The notes under the pieces were generated by a model that worked only from the letters and a program-made list of their open reading frames with translations, did no database searches and was not told where the DNA came from. A DNA stretch of 64,000 nucleotides from Amphibalanus amphitrite. Its lineage: Eukaryota. The stretch covers positions 665,297-729,296 of the forward strand of contig NW_024881521.1 in the NCBI RefSeq assembly GCF_019059575.1, written 5' to 3'. Below, one piece after another: positions 47,473-60,400 of the stretch (position 1 is its first letter; the number at the start of each line of letters is the position of its first letter). Made by a program: the position numbers and the translations under genes.

Positions 47473-50400
47473 CTCATACTGAGATTTTTCCGTTATATTG
47501 AAAAGACTCACTTCGCTCGCTGCGCTCGCTCGCTCGTAATAAATGTCTGATAAATTTGCAAATTAACGCACGATCGATGCTCGCTCACCATGCATTTGGC
47601 ATGAGTAATAAATTAAAGTTGTACTCTTTCCTCCGACTAATATCCTATCTAAAGCTCAGCAGCGAAAAGCCAGCACACCGCGCTGGCTCATCCCGGTTTA
47701 TCAACGCAGGAGAACGTCGCCTCACAGCGTCCTCCCGTCCTGGCCTCCAGGACGGCGGCCAGCTTCTCCCACAGAGAGACCTCCGCCGTGGGGATCAGGG
47801 ACGTCCCGACACTGTGAAAGGGGTCTCTGGTCAGTACGGGAACGGGGTCAAACATTAAACAATGCCATCAGCGAGAGATTACATTTTTTTGTCAGCCAAT
47901 TGAAATATTCTTTTCTTCATCCAAAATTATCTCGTGAGAAAATACTTTAATTATTTGGTGTACCTATTCGAGACCGAGTATCGAACGGCTACGTAATAGT
48001 CAGCGCCATGTCCGATATCTTGAATAAACGCTATTTACATGCATACGAGTCATTTGGTATTCCCAGAAACAGCCAAGCGATCAATTGCATAAATTATTGG
48101 ACTTTTCGCTCTAAACAGCTATTTGTTTTTTAGATTGTTCGGCGTCCGCGCGATATAGGGATCATGCTGCGCCGCAATCACGCGTGTAGTGCGGAACAGT
48201 CTACCAGGAAAGAGACGTTAGTTCCTGGAGCATTAACTGACCGCTCGTAGGTATATGTGCCTACCATATATCAAGGGCGCCCTTTAAAAGCACCTACATA
48301 TATTTCCGACATTTTGAATACCTTGATTTATTATTAATCCATTTCCTACTTCAAAATGCATTAATTACCTAAGCATACAATTACCCACTATGCAACCAAT
48401 GCCCTTCGCCCCTCCCCCCCCCCCCCCTCTCGACACAAACATCGGTCTTTTTGTATCGGTTCCGTTTACCGTCTCTCACCTGACGAGGTTATAGATGAGT
48501 CCTTTGTAGACCTCCTGCTGCTGCGCTCGGCTGTTGAGCTGACAGAGCCGGCGGGCCACGCAGCCTGACCTCTCCAGCACCAGCAGCCGGGAGGTGCTCA
48601 GCAGCGCCTCGGCTGCCAGCTCGGGCACCTCGTCCACGCTGCCCAGCAGGAAGGTCAGCTCGGACCAGAGTCCGACCTCTGCGGCACCTCCGTCTCTGCG
48701 GCCTCCGGTGCCGCCGCCCGTACCCGTGCCGCCGCCACCGATCGCCTGCTGTACCAGCAGTAACAGGAACGTGCCGAACGCTAGGAAACTGAGCCCCGTG
48801 AGCAGCATCCCGAAACTGGGGAGCAGCATGCCGCCGCCGCCCCCGTAGCCCATGGACGACCTGGCTGTCGCCGCGAGCAGACGGTTAGCCGGCCGCGCTA
48901 GGGACCGGGGCACGAGCGAGGGCGCCGCAGGGCCGGGCACGGTCAGCGCAGCGAGCATCATTGTCCTCCACAGACGCCGGGATGGAAACTTGGAGGACCT
49001 AGAGGTGATTGCCATAGCTCGCAGCACTGTCACAAGTCAACAAGTCGACTGGCAAGATATGTGCACTTCCATGCGCGCTTACACTTCAACGCATACGAAA
49101 GACCAACTCGCACTTCTTCAATTGAAGCACACACAAGAAACACCCGCTGGGCGGCATGCACAAATCTGACGCGATTGAGCCATGTGCGGCGCGTCCGGGA
49201 CGGCTGCGGCGCACGTCCGTCCCGGCCGTATAGTGCAGGTGAAGTCTCACTCAGGAGCGCACAATTGACAACCGTTCTGGTACGGTGGTGACGAGGCGGA
49301 GCATTGGCGGCGGTGGCAGCGGCAACAACAGGAACGGCGAATGGGCGCACGGCGAACCCAGTCGACCGGGAGTCCCGGTGATGTGATGGCGGTGATGGCG
49401 GTGAAGATCCTCAACTGTGACCGGGTAACGGATGGGCGCAGCGACCACAAGTGGTTGATGCTTGCGTGAAGGCTATATGTAGTGGCAGACGGTTGGAAAC
49501 TCACGTGAGGAAGGTCTCCCATGCGTGCTGGTTTGGAAATTCCAGTGCAAAGAACTTAAAACACAGCTCGGCGCTCGCCCATCGCTCATAGTAGTTTCAC
49601 GGCTTGTTGCGGGTCAAAATGTTTCATTTTAATTGGTAAGCTTTCAATTGGTCCACTTTCAAACATTCATCAAAATTCGATCATCAGCATAATCTATCAA
49701 TTTGTGCGCACACCAGTAGCCGATATTAGCTACGAATGTCGTGCCGTCTTTATAATGCAATGACATATATGTCATTGCCCACCCACCTATATGTGTACAC
49801 ACGCATGTGTGTATAAATAAATGTATGCGTGGGAATGGCGCGATCTGTTGTTTACCGTTTTGTACGCTATACCGCGCCATTCGCAAATGTCCCACAGTCG
49901 ACTGCAAGCCCACCGTCTATGCGTCGTGCATACTTGGTGCATATGCCGCCTACACATCGTGCCTATAGCTTCAGCAATGTCTTATGGCACATACCGGCCC
50001 GGCAGAACGGTCCTCACTGTTAGGCGCTTACGCCAACGACTTCAGAATACCTCACCGCGACGACACGCTACGTTAATTATGGGACATTAGCCAGCATGAC
50101 ACTGGTTCGCTACGCACCGTCCTCGCTCGGGGAATTACGCCAAATTACGGCTGAAAAATGGGGCAAAATGAGCATCACAACAAACTCGAGCCCTCCTTCG
50201 CTATATGGTGTTCCACTCACAGCAGTGTGCTATCATTCCTTATTGCAGTTCGTGATATGGATTCATTGGACAAATAAAATAATGCAGTCAATAACATCAG
50301 AGCTAATGACGTCTTTTCTATCGTTCCATTTTCCTCTCAACAGTCTCAGCCATCATATTCGCATCACGCACGCCCTTGTATGAATGGCATGCGTTTCGTC

Positions 50401-51293
50401 TCGCTCCAGTTTTGTCAAAAGCCATGAAAATTATTGCTGCACTTTTAACGTGTTATGTGAGTCGGCTCTCCGTAATGCACAATAAATAAAGACGTCAAAT
50501 AATAAACGACGTTTATTATATGAACATGCTAGGCCTGTTCTTTCATATAAGCGCATGATCGAACCATTGAAAGAAAGAGAAACATAATAAATTAACATAC
50601 ACTTAATTGAATCATATGTCCCAATGCGTAAAACATTCAACAAGTTAAACACTGTTCAATACACTATTAAAGAGACACGGCACTACCCTCTGCGCTATTT
50701 TTATCGTGGCGTTAAATTCACGCTCAGATAACATAAATACTTGAACGAATTATAAAGACCCTAGGAATTAAGCGATCTGATAATTGCAAAAACATTTAAC
50801 AACATAAAAAGGAGCGTAGTGAATCTATGTCCCGCCATCCCAACTCTACTGTCACAGAGCCGTCTCGTTACATGGATTTGGAGCCACTACCCGAATGTAC
50901 TCCACGAAAAATATGAAGCTAGCCTGTTGACCTAGTCCGTCTCGTCTCCATTTGTCTCTCCATCTGCAGAGCAAGACGTGCAACGACCATGAATCTAATC
51001 TGCAAACAGTAGTCGGAACAAATGCCTTGCAAACAGACAGTCACGGTAAATAGCTCGGTCTGGCCTCAGAGTGCAACAATAACTCCAGACGAGAAACTCA
51101 GACGATTTAAATGACCCTGTTTTTGCAGCGACTGTCGACGGCCCACAGCCAGCCCGTGACCCGGGCCCGCAGTTGGATTTGTAATGCCACTAAACATAGA
51201 TTATATGGTGTCGTTTACACTGAATCAGCTGACGACCAGTTTGTGCAGGCCCGCGCGACTAGATGATCTCTGCCACCTGACCTTGACCTGACC

Positions 51294-54200
51294 TCAGGTC
51301 GGGTCAGCTGAGCAGCTTTCTGCGGCACGAGACCAGCACGAGAGGTCGCTGCTGTCGTCCGTTGCGTCCCATAGCGAAGCTCCCAGACTCAGGAGGTTCC
51401 AGACGGGTGCATCGCTCATGGCTGACTGAACCGCCCTGTAAAACGGTAAAATAAGCTGAACAGGGTCTACGTAATTTAGCGATGGAAAACCGCTAAAGCA
51501 TATGTAAACAAGCTTTCCAAACAAATATCTTTTGTTCCCAGTATTGTATAGGGCAGGCTAACACCGAAAATGATAACATTGATAACGACACAAAATTTGT
51601 TTATTATTAAAACTTAAATACCTCATTGTTAAAATTTATAAATGCTTGCAGTACATATATGAATGCCCTATCACATAAAGTTACATAATAACATTTAGCA
51701 ATAATTCTTTGAAACGCTAATTTTAAATTGAAGTGCCCCATTATACGGTTAGTTAACAATCTCCGGGGGTACTCACAGTACGGCGATGGCGGCGGCGATA
51801 TCGGCTGGGCTGTCGACCCTGGCCCTCAGCTCGTGACACAGCGCCAGCGGGCGGCAGGTCAGGTCATCGGGCAGGGCGGCGACGGAGCCGGACAGCGAGC
51901 GGTAGGTGCCCAACAGGTGACCCACGGTGCTGGAGCCGGAGGGACAGGTCTGGTGGCTAATCTCGTCAGCAACCTCTTCACCACTTCCTTCAGCAAGGTG
52001 GTCAGCGTCTTCAGAAGCGTTTGCTTCGCTTTGGTCAAGATATTTGGTGGTGATGTTGGTGGCATGTTCTTGCTGCTGTCTGCTGGCTCCTTCAGCGTCA
52101 TCAGTCAGGCCGTCTGTACAGCGTTCCGTCAGGATCTCTAGCTCGCGGAGCAGTCTGGATCCTGCGCCCGCCACCTGACCTCCTCCCTCCTGGGTCAGCG
52201 CGTCCACCACCCAGAGGTTTGCGGTGGTGTTACCAAGCACCTCTCCAAGGGCCACGGCACGCTCCGCCGCGAACAGCGCGAACGGAAGAACAACGAGCGC
52301 CGAGAGAAGGCCGTCCACCACCGACGACCTGCCGGTACCGGCGGGCAGACCGGCTCGGTCCTGGAGGATCGTCGAGTCCGGCTCACCCCAGTCCGTGTAT
52401 TGCAGCACCTGACCTCTCTCATCAGCTCTGGTCCTATCCCAGCGCTCATCGCGCCTCAGAACACTTGGCAGAAGTGGGAATCGAATGGAGGGAACTCCCC
52501 AGTTGAGTGACGGGAATGTCGACATGCGCCGGAGGAAGCCTCCTAGCAGACCCATCTGCCAGTCGTACGCGGCGCGGAACGGAGCGCTGAGCCAGTCGAA
52601 CGACGGGAACCGGTGCTCGGCCGGCCTGTGTGGCCTGTGAGGCCCGTGAGGTCCGTGAGGTCTGTGAGGTCTGTGAGGTCTATTGGGTCGGCGAGGATGG
52701 TCAAACTCGTCCAGCGTATCAGTTTCGGCCGGTGCCGTGCCGTAGTCCACTTCTGTGACCGGGTCGAGGGTGTGTGCGTCTAGAGCTGCCTCGCTCACGG
52801 CGCCGAAGCCGGAGACCTGCGGTGTGTAGGTAGTCGGAAACGGCTGGACGTCTATGGGCTCGGAGGGCCGTGTCCCATCGCGACGGTTCGGCGACCCGCG
52901 TAGAGTCGGCAACTGAGAGTTGTAGGGAGGACCGTACATCTGGCTTGGTCGTTTCCTGGGAGCTCCATATGTTTGACTGGGTCTGCTTGGAGTGTTGTAT
53001 GAAGAGCTTGGCTTGGAATTCGGAGCACCGTTAGACGCGCTCGACGTAGACTTCGGTGGTCCGTATGATGCTTTGGGTTTACTCTTTGGTGGTCCATAAG
53101 ATGTCTTGGGTTTTGACTTCGGTGGTCCGTACGAAGCATTTGGTTTGGATTTAGGTGGCCCATACGATGCGTTTGGTTTAGACTTGGGTGGCCCATACGA
53201 TGCATTTGGCTTAGACTTTGGAGGTCCATACGAAGAGTTTGGCTTCGACTTCGGTGACCCATGCGATGGTTTCGGTTTTGCTTTTGGTGGTCCATACGAT
53301 GGTTTTGGTTTTGCCTTTGGTGGCCCGTATGATGGCCTTGGCTTTCGTTTGGGCTTGGGAGGCCCATACGAAGGTCTGGGCCTTCGCTTAGACTTTGGTG
53401 GTCCATATGAAGGTTGAGGCTTTCGCTTGGGTTTCGGAGCTCCGTACGAAGGCCTTGGCCTGGGTGCTCCATATGACGGTCTTGGTCTCTTGCGACGTCG
53501 ATGGGGTCTGTTCCTGTTTCGCCTGACGTGTCGCTCGTACCACCAGGGCGTCCTCCATGTCGTGAGGTACTCCCAGGAGGGGAACAGTCTGCGGATCCTC
53601 CTCCTCATGCCGTTCCAGATGCGGGACATCCGGGATACTATGCCGGCCCTCGGTATGGAGCTGGCTGCGGTCTGGTCTTCGTACCTGTACTCGTTGTCTC
53701 CGGCCGACCACCCGGAGTCGGAGCTAAACGCCGAGTCGTAGTCGCCGAGCTCGAGTCCATTCACTGATTCCAGCGCGTCCTGACTGGATTCGGCCGTCAG
53801 ATCAGGGTCGCCGTAGATGGGGTGCGTGTCGGCCGTCTTTGTGATGACCAGCCACTGAGAGTCGCTGGTGCCCAAGTCACCTTTCGCCGAACCACCCGGA
53901 CCAGGACTGGAGCCGAGCATTGGGGTCCACTGGAGGCTGTCGGCACAGGTACTGCACGGACCCAGTGGGGATCCGTCGTCTGACGGCCCTAAAATGGTGG
54001 AGGCGGTGGCCAGCTGATCCTCCAGGAATGGTTCCGAGCCGGCCTCGTAAGGGGCCTCCAGCCCCGTCTCCGCCACACTGGTGACTTCGGTGACCTCTGT
54101 GGCCTCGGTGCTGACCTCTGTGACGTTCGGACGGCGCAGCATCTCCTCGAAAATCGTGGCGAGCGTGTCTCGAACAGCCTCCTTAAAGCCGGTCCCGTTC

Positions 54201-54700
54201 GTGTCATGTTTCGTGCCGGTATCAACGATGGCTGCGTCACGTGCAGTCAACGAGGTGATGTATGATGTGAGGTTATCCACACGGTGAGCCGACAAGCCGT
54301 CTTTCGGTGGTGTGTTTGGGTATCCTAAACTGTTGACCTGCCTTAGGTCATCCCCTGCCGGCCAGGGCCACCCACGCTCCGGGAGACGGTAGCCGCTGAC
54401 CAGGTCGTCCTGTCCCCGCGCTGTACTCTCTCCAGCTCCGCCATCCTCTGAGATCTCCTCGTCATCCTGCCACTGTATGACCCAGTCTGGACCGGCTGAC
54501 CTGTCCACGGACATGTACCGCGATGGGGACAGGGCCGAGGCCACCGTCAGCGCGGCGGCTGAGCCGGAGCCGTGGTGTAGCAGCAGATCAGACAGGGTGG
54601 CTGGACCGAACACCGTCACCTCGTAACCTGGGCTTAACGTCAGCAGCGACAGCAACAGTGGAAGAACGGCCAGCGGCGATGGCTGCAGAAGGCGCACCAT
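51294..54700 (-). CDS. Secreted Lys/Pro-rich tandem-repeat protein. The main 2.9-kb exon is 974 codons. A possible spliced 49-codon terminal exon lies downstream
   Basis: The main exon is 51777..54700 (ATG at 54700) with a signal peptide MVRLLQPSPLAVLPLLLSLLTLSPG. About 20 units of (P)SYGPPK(S/A)KP(K/N/R) were read in the protein, followed by a (RPH)n tract. The in-frame stop TGA (51773-75) overlaps a consensus donor ACT|GTGAGT. A downstream acceptor CCGTTTTACAG|G opens an in-frame 142-nt exon (51294..51435) ending in TGA. That gives two alternative C-termini (974 aa unspliced, ~1021 aa spliced). Confidence 0.55.
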
Positions 54701-55187
54701 CGTCGAGCTAAAAGGCGAGACAGGTGGAGGGTTTCGCCCTTAAACCACGGAGCTTCACTTTTCACTGGAATTACATACCGATTTTGGTTGCGTCACGATG
54801 TTCAAGGTGACACACAAGGCTCAACCATGGGTCCAGTTTTCGATCCGTTCTTGATTGACTCACACCACGTCAGTGCCCGTCATTCTACACCTTCCAGATA
54901 ACACCGTTCAGTTCAACCTCACTCTCGGCGTCCAACTCAGGAGTCAGCACCGTCGCTGCCGGCGGCAGTGCTGCCTCGACGCGACTGGTCACGGGCCGGG
55001 TCAGGACCCCGGAAGGTCCGGCCTCCGCCCCGCCCCGGCGCCCACACTCGCTACCGCTACCACCACCAGCGGCCCGAGCAGCCATTAGTTCACCCAAACG
55101 CAGCTGGGGCGTGCAACTGGTGCGCCGGTGGCACGGGGCCACGGCACCGGACCAGTGGGACACGGCCGGCCACGGGCGGCGACGGAA

Positions 55188-55275
55188 CCGTCACGAAACG
55201 GTCCGAGCCGGAGCGCAGCGGCACGGAATCGGTCACGGAATCGGTCACGGAACGGTTACGGAAACGGTCACGAAT
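55188..55275. repeat. Degenerate 12-bp tandem repeat (CACGGAATCGGT)n
   Basis: The sequence reads cggcacggaatcggtcacggaatcggtcacggaacggttacggaaacggtcacgaatggtcac. It sits in a GC-rich block with a GC-box CCGCCCCGCCCC at ~55025. Confidence 0.5.
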
Positions 55276-56299
55276 GGTCACCGAGCCGTCATGGAGCCGA
55301 GACGGAAACGGCGAGGAGTCGTCACGAAAGCAACGGCAAGTATACAGTTGTATATTTACACAAGCTGGACAGAGTCACAAGACAGCCTGGTGTATCGTCA
55401 ACATCACGCGAACATAAGACAAAAAGTGAAATAATGAAACGACTGTTACGTTCTGAATGGCATGTCGGAGGCATGCGTGAGCATGAAAATGGTGGATCCT
55501 GGGTGACCTGGATCAACTCACAAACCTCGTGCGTGCGCTGGTCGCACGGTGCATCGAAGATAGCGCTACACCGCTCCATCATTAGAGTCCGAAGAGGCGC
55601 GCCCGAAGGAGGCCATCTGTCTCAGAGACTGTGGCCGCTCGGAGCGGATTGTCACGAGTCGTTAGACGGCGCTCGTCACTCACTAACACGCACTCCGTCA
55701 CAGTGAGTGATTGAAACTCGAAGAAACTCCCCGCGGCGGCCAACAAACGGCCTGGCGCGTGTAAAACAATCACGCAGCTGGCAGCCGTCCGTGGAACATA
55801 AATTGTAGGCGAGCGCTAAACGATCTCTTCTCTAGCTTCTAAGTAGACGCGACCCACATTCATGATAAAAAATGAGCAGCAAAAGCGTTATTTTATTAAA
55901 ACATATGAGAGCAATGCGACGGTAATAGCTGGCTAAATTGCTACCACCCAAATTACATTATTCATCAATCATCATCTGTCCAAAGAACGCATTGCAAATT
56001 GTACACATGTGTTATGCAGTGCACAATGCACATGGTTATAGTTGCAAATTTGAACCCGGCTAATGATAACGCACATAAAATAAATTGCATTTTCTCGCAG
56101 CTTCGATATCCTAATTCTCCGATAAACGGGGTCAGACGTCCTCCAATTTCACTCATTTCCTACCGTTGAAGTCCGGAGTGCGAATAAAACTGTTTGTAGA
56201 TTTTATCATTATATATCTCTGAAACAAGATAAAGCATTGTTTAGCCGATACACTTGGTAAAAAATAACCACTGAAGGGTTTAACGGTCAAGTTCTTTAA

Positions 56300-57476
56300 C
56301 CCGCGCCCAGATGGGGTCTGCCGAGCAACGCGGTCTGATGGGGGGGGGGGGCATTTTGGCCCCCCCCCTCAGATCTCGAGAACCACACAACATAGCGACA
56401 AGCGGTAAACGGTGTTGGATAGCCCCAACGGGGAACTTCCTTGTGACCCAATTTCATTGACCTCGGTCAAACCGATGACGTCACAGGTCAGGTCAAAGGT
56501 CGAATTTTCACCGTTTACAGGCATTTCAAGAAATGCGTTGTAAAATCGAGTAAAATGCATTTCATTGAAAATCATCGATGGAGAAATGTTCTTCAAACAC
56601 ATATTTTGCTATTTGAGGTCACTGATACCAGGTCAGGTCACAGAGGTCAGGTCACTGGGGGGGGGGGGGTCACAATATGAAAGTGTCGTGTGATACATGT
56701 TTTATGGTCCATTTTGCATGACAAATGCGATTATGTGGGTCAGACAGACTTTAGGGCCAGCTTAGGTCACGTTTTGGTCAAGGTCAGGTCAAGGTCAGGT
56801 CAAGGTCAGGTCAAATTAGGTCAAATTTCAAAGTTGATATTTTTGCATAAAATGGGTATCGATTCGATGCAGCTCGTCACGGGGAGTTCAATGGTGGTCT
56901 CCGTTTTGCGCTACGAGGTCTAGAATTGCAAAAAAATTGAGTTCAAAAATTTGACGTCATCAATTTGTAACAGTTTTTTCGCTATAACTTGGCCAAAAAA
57001 AGAGGTATCGATCTAAAATTTGGTATGTATATCGAAGAGCGCAGGGACTATCACATATATTCCGGTTTTTTCGAAATTCGAATTTTTTTGGAATTTTTTT
57101 GAGTTTTTCTAAAAAAATCATTTTTTTATTTTTGGGGGTCAAAATCCACAAATTTCGGAAATCCGAGATAGCAGTTTTGTAGCGCCGTCTTTTCTCTACA
57201 CAACCACATAAAGAACTTTAAAATTGCTTGCTAACTGTAGAATTGGTGAGCGTTTCAAGATGTCATGTTTTTTGCTCATTTTTGCTCGAACATGACCTCA
57301 GTTTGACCTCAATAACTCCTGACCTGAGGTGACCTGTGACTTGAAATTTTGTGTGAAGGTGTCAAATTGATGCCCGGTAAGGTACCAAAAATTTGGCGGC
57401 GCTGCGCGCCGCCGTTTTCTCGCTATTTAAGAAAAACCACAGGGGGGGCCAAAATGGCCCCCCATCAGGGCGCGGG
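56300..57476 (+). mobile_element. ~1.18-kb TTAA-flanked CCCGCGCC-family MITE, second full copy
   Basis: The termini are TTAA|CCCGCGCCC… (56296…) and …GGGCGCGGG|TTAA (…57480). The interior is colinear with, but inverted relative to, 36479-37647. This includes the conserved block …FEFRKNRNICDS…YQI(S/L)DRYL(V/F)FWPSYSEKTV… seen in ORFs 36816..37001 and 56960..57151. Confidence 0.7.
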
Positions 57477-60400
57477 TTAATTTAGTTTATAAATGTGCCT
57501 ATACGTTACTGGGTTCCCGTTTAAAATGTACCTACCTCGAAATGAAAACTGTTACTGCGCTTGCCGCATTAAATACGTTTAAAATGTGTAGAGTCGGCGC
57601 GGTTACAAAGGTTACTTGATAATCTGGAATATCAAACGTCTCTTACAATAATGATAAAATAGCCGAAAAGTGTTTTATTTATAAAATTTAGGTGCATGCA
57701 TCATATATAGCGATGAGATGTTTCCATGAATTATATTGTGAACATTACACAATGCCTCATAATGTTTATAGCTAGCCTAATTGAATCACAAATGTGCTTT
57801 GCCAACCACATCGTACCGTAAGTGCGCGTGCAGGTGGTGTCCGAGCGGCCCCAGCAGAGTGCAGGCCACTCTTAAACCACACTCGGCCTCCTCTCGCTCT
57901 GCCGAGAGTCCTCGGCGGCGGCGTCCTCTCCTCTGAGGACAGCCATTCTCGGAGGACGGAGAGACAGGAGGACTGCCGTGAACAGCGAGCGACCTGCGGC
58001 ACAATGCCGTAACCGGCAGTAGGTATATGTTGATCGGACGAAAGTTATATTGATCGGACTGCTTATTTGCTAATGAACATATCATATACTTATCACAAAA
58101 ACATAAATATAAAATTACTAGATGTAGAATTATTATATAACAAGGATATTATACGGCAACTACTAACATTTCTGTAGGTAACAGTATAAGTAAAGTGAAT
58201 CGAATGAATCGACCGATTAATCGAATCGATTATCGTACCAGCTGCGGACCATGTCCTCCAGCTCCCGCTGCCTCTCCTTCATGTGAGCCCGGAACGACCT
58301 GCGCCGTCTCCGTCTCCGTCTCCGTCTCCTTCGACGGCCCGGCGGCATGATGTTCACCTGTGGGTAGAGAGAGAGAGAGAGAAAAAAAAAAACGGTGCAT
58401 GCAACATGTTCAACTTGCTGCTTTAAATACAAGTGAAGCAGAGTGTCTGCTGGAAGACCTATAATGTGCAGATTAAACGGTTGGACATTTCTTTCTTATC
58501 GTACATCAATAAACAATAATAAACGGTTATACAATAATAAACGATTGATTATCAAACGTTAAACGGTAGAATCCATAAATAATTACACGCCAAATTGATG
58601 GTTTTTCACAAAACTTCATAATTATTAAGCATGTAAGGTGCTTATCCAAAAATTCGAATGAAATTGCCTCTAATATATCATATAAAATATATTTCCAAAA
58701 TATATTTGATGTAGGTACTTTGTTACTTTATTATTCGAAGGACATCCTTACCTGATTTGCGTTGTTGCTGTTCAAGTTGGCGTTCACATTATTATTGTCC
58801 AGATTGTTGTTATTATTATTGTTGTTGTTATTATTGTTATTATTGATGTTGTTATTGATATTCAACACCAGCGTCATTATGCCCACGACGAAGCTGAGAT
58901 AGTTGAAGCTGTTGAATCCGGACAGAATTCCGCCTGTGTTCACACACGGTCGTTTCTTGTTGTTTTTCTTCATGTAGAGGACGGGCACGCGGCGCCGGGT
59001 CCTCGAGCGCAGCCCGAGCCTCTCTGTCGCTGTGGTGGAGTTGGTCACAGGTGCTCCGACCTGCCGAGGCTCCTGCAGCTCTCCAGGGGATGTAAGGGAC
59101 CGGTCAGGGATCAGACCCTGCTCCTCCCAGACTGCAAGGTGCCGGGACAGCTCCGTTTCGAGCTGCATCTCCAAATTTGTCACTGACCCACCTACCTCAG
59201 CCACTGCTGCAGATCCACACACTGTCCACTTTGTCCACAACGCCCACAATGTCCACACTGGCCACACCGCCCACATCCCGCTGGAACTGCGGACCGACAG
59301 ACCATGCATGAACCTCGATCCACCGCCGCCAATAATCGGTCACCGAATCGCTGAACGCCTCTGAGCTACACCCGACACAGCCAGCGGGCATGGCAGCCGG
59401 CTCGACTCTCAAGGAGTGCTGACAGCTCGGCTCGCCGGAGTTGCAGTCCGCTAAACTCGGCACCACGCTAACGGTGATGTTCGCAGACCGTTCTATAGAC
59501 CTGGGTGTTACGAGTGGTGTGCGCCTACTCAACGGTATTTAGGCATAGCGTACCTAACCGTTCACATCCTGCAGCGATGCTGCATATACCTACCGGAGAT
59601 TGACGATTGTAGTGACTCCGTTCACGAGGAGAACTGGAGAAGATGGATTCAGGATTAGGTAAGCGGAACATAGCGGCACAACGATTATGTTCTCTAGTTC
59701 ACGCATGGTTAGACGGTCACCACCTGGGTCCTGGGCTGTTAGACGGATATATAGAATAAAACTAGGACAGTGAGCTCAGCGGTGACCGGACCCGTGCTAG
59801 ACCGGGCTCTGCTCGGCAGGACCGGGGCTAACCTTCCCCTATGTGAGCTCCACGAAAAAAAAAAACTGCGAACTGGCCCATGAGTGACAGTGTCTCTGTA
59901 ACGGAACCGAGCGATTACCCGCTGTATGGAAGGCATGGGTTCAGACTTCAGACACTATTGGGCCGGACCGTTTCAGACCGCGGGCCCGGCCCGTAAGCGA
60001 ACAGGTCATGGTCTGATTCTGCCCACGACCGTGAGGACCGGGCCAGCAAGGTCTCAGTCCTCACCGATTGTAGATAACCATACCGGTCAACGGCAAAACA
60101 GACCATCTCTGACTGGGCCTTATCTGACCAATGTATCTCAATAAAAGATTGTGGCTACCGCCTACCACACCGCATACGGCACAGGAACTTCGCTAACTAA
60201 GCGTGCCCTTATCGGCCTCTCTAAACAGACACTCTAGTCTCTGGCCAATATAACCGATCATCTCTGACTTAAGCACTGTAAGTGCAAACGAAAGAGAGAA
60301 GTCGGCACGGTGAGCCTTTCTGATGATGCTCCTATTGAATCGCATAATGCTGGGGACGAGTCCAGCATTATCCGCATAATGCTGGACTGAATAGATGCGC

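Larger units (their letters stand above)
45110..48243. repeat. ~3.1-kb unit bounded by ~215-bp inverted duplications (45110-45335 vs 48030-48243, ~90% identity). Either a long-TIR or foldback element, or a local inverted duplication
   Basis: A direct reverse-complement comparison matches GACGTCTCTTTCCTGGTAGACTGTTCCGCACTACACGCGTGATTGCGGCGCAGCATGATCCCTATATCGC…CAATTGATCGCTTGGCTGTTTCTGGG with CCCAGAAACAGCCAAGCGATCAATTG…GCGATATAGGGATCATGCTGCGCCGCAATCACGCGTGTAGTGCGGAACAGTCTACCAGGAAAGAGACGT. The interior holds an A-rich SINE-like tail (46070-46120), tandem modules and (GGGCC)5. Confidence 0.4.

Noticed and set aside
53106-53741. Plus-strand ORFs (GFDFGGPYEAFGLDLGGPYD…) opposite the secreted-protein gene
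   Set aside because: They are the reverse-complement reading of the SYGPPKSKP repeat array. The minus strand carries the signal peptide, ATG and stop, so it is the sense strand.
58217-58348. 43-aa ORF MPPGRRRRRRRRRRRRRSFRAHMKERQRELEDMVRSWYDNRFD following a CCCACAG acceptor
   Set aside because: The poly-Arg run is an (AGACGG)n hexanucleotide microsatellite read in frame. There is no supporting conservation. It is likely a chance ORF, though a micropeptide cannot be excluded.
58731-59309. 192-aa minus-strand ORF with W-rich N-terminus and poly-Asn tail
   Set aside because: The N-terminal half is a (GTGTGGACA)-type 9-bp tandem repeat and the C-terminal Asn run is an (AAT/AAC)n microsatellite. 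Overlapping plus-strand ORFs are equally long. The coding status is undecidable from sequence alone.
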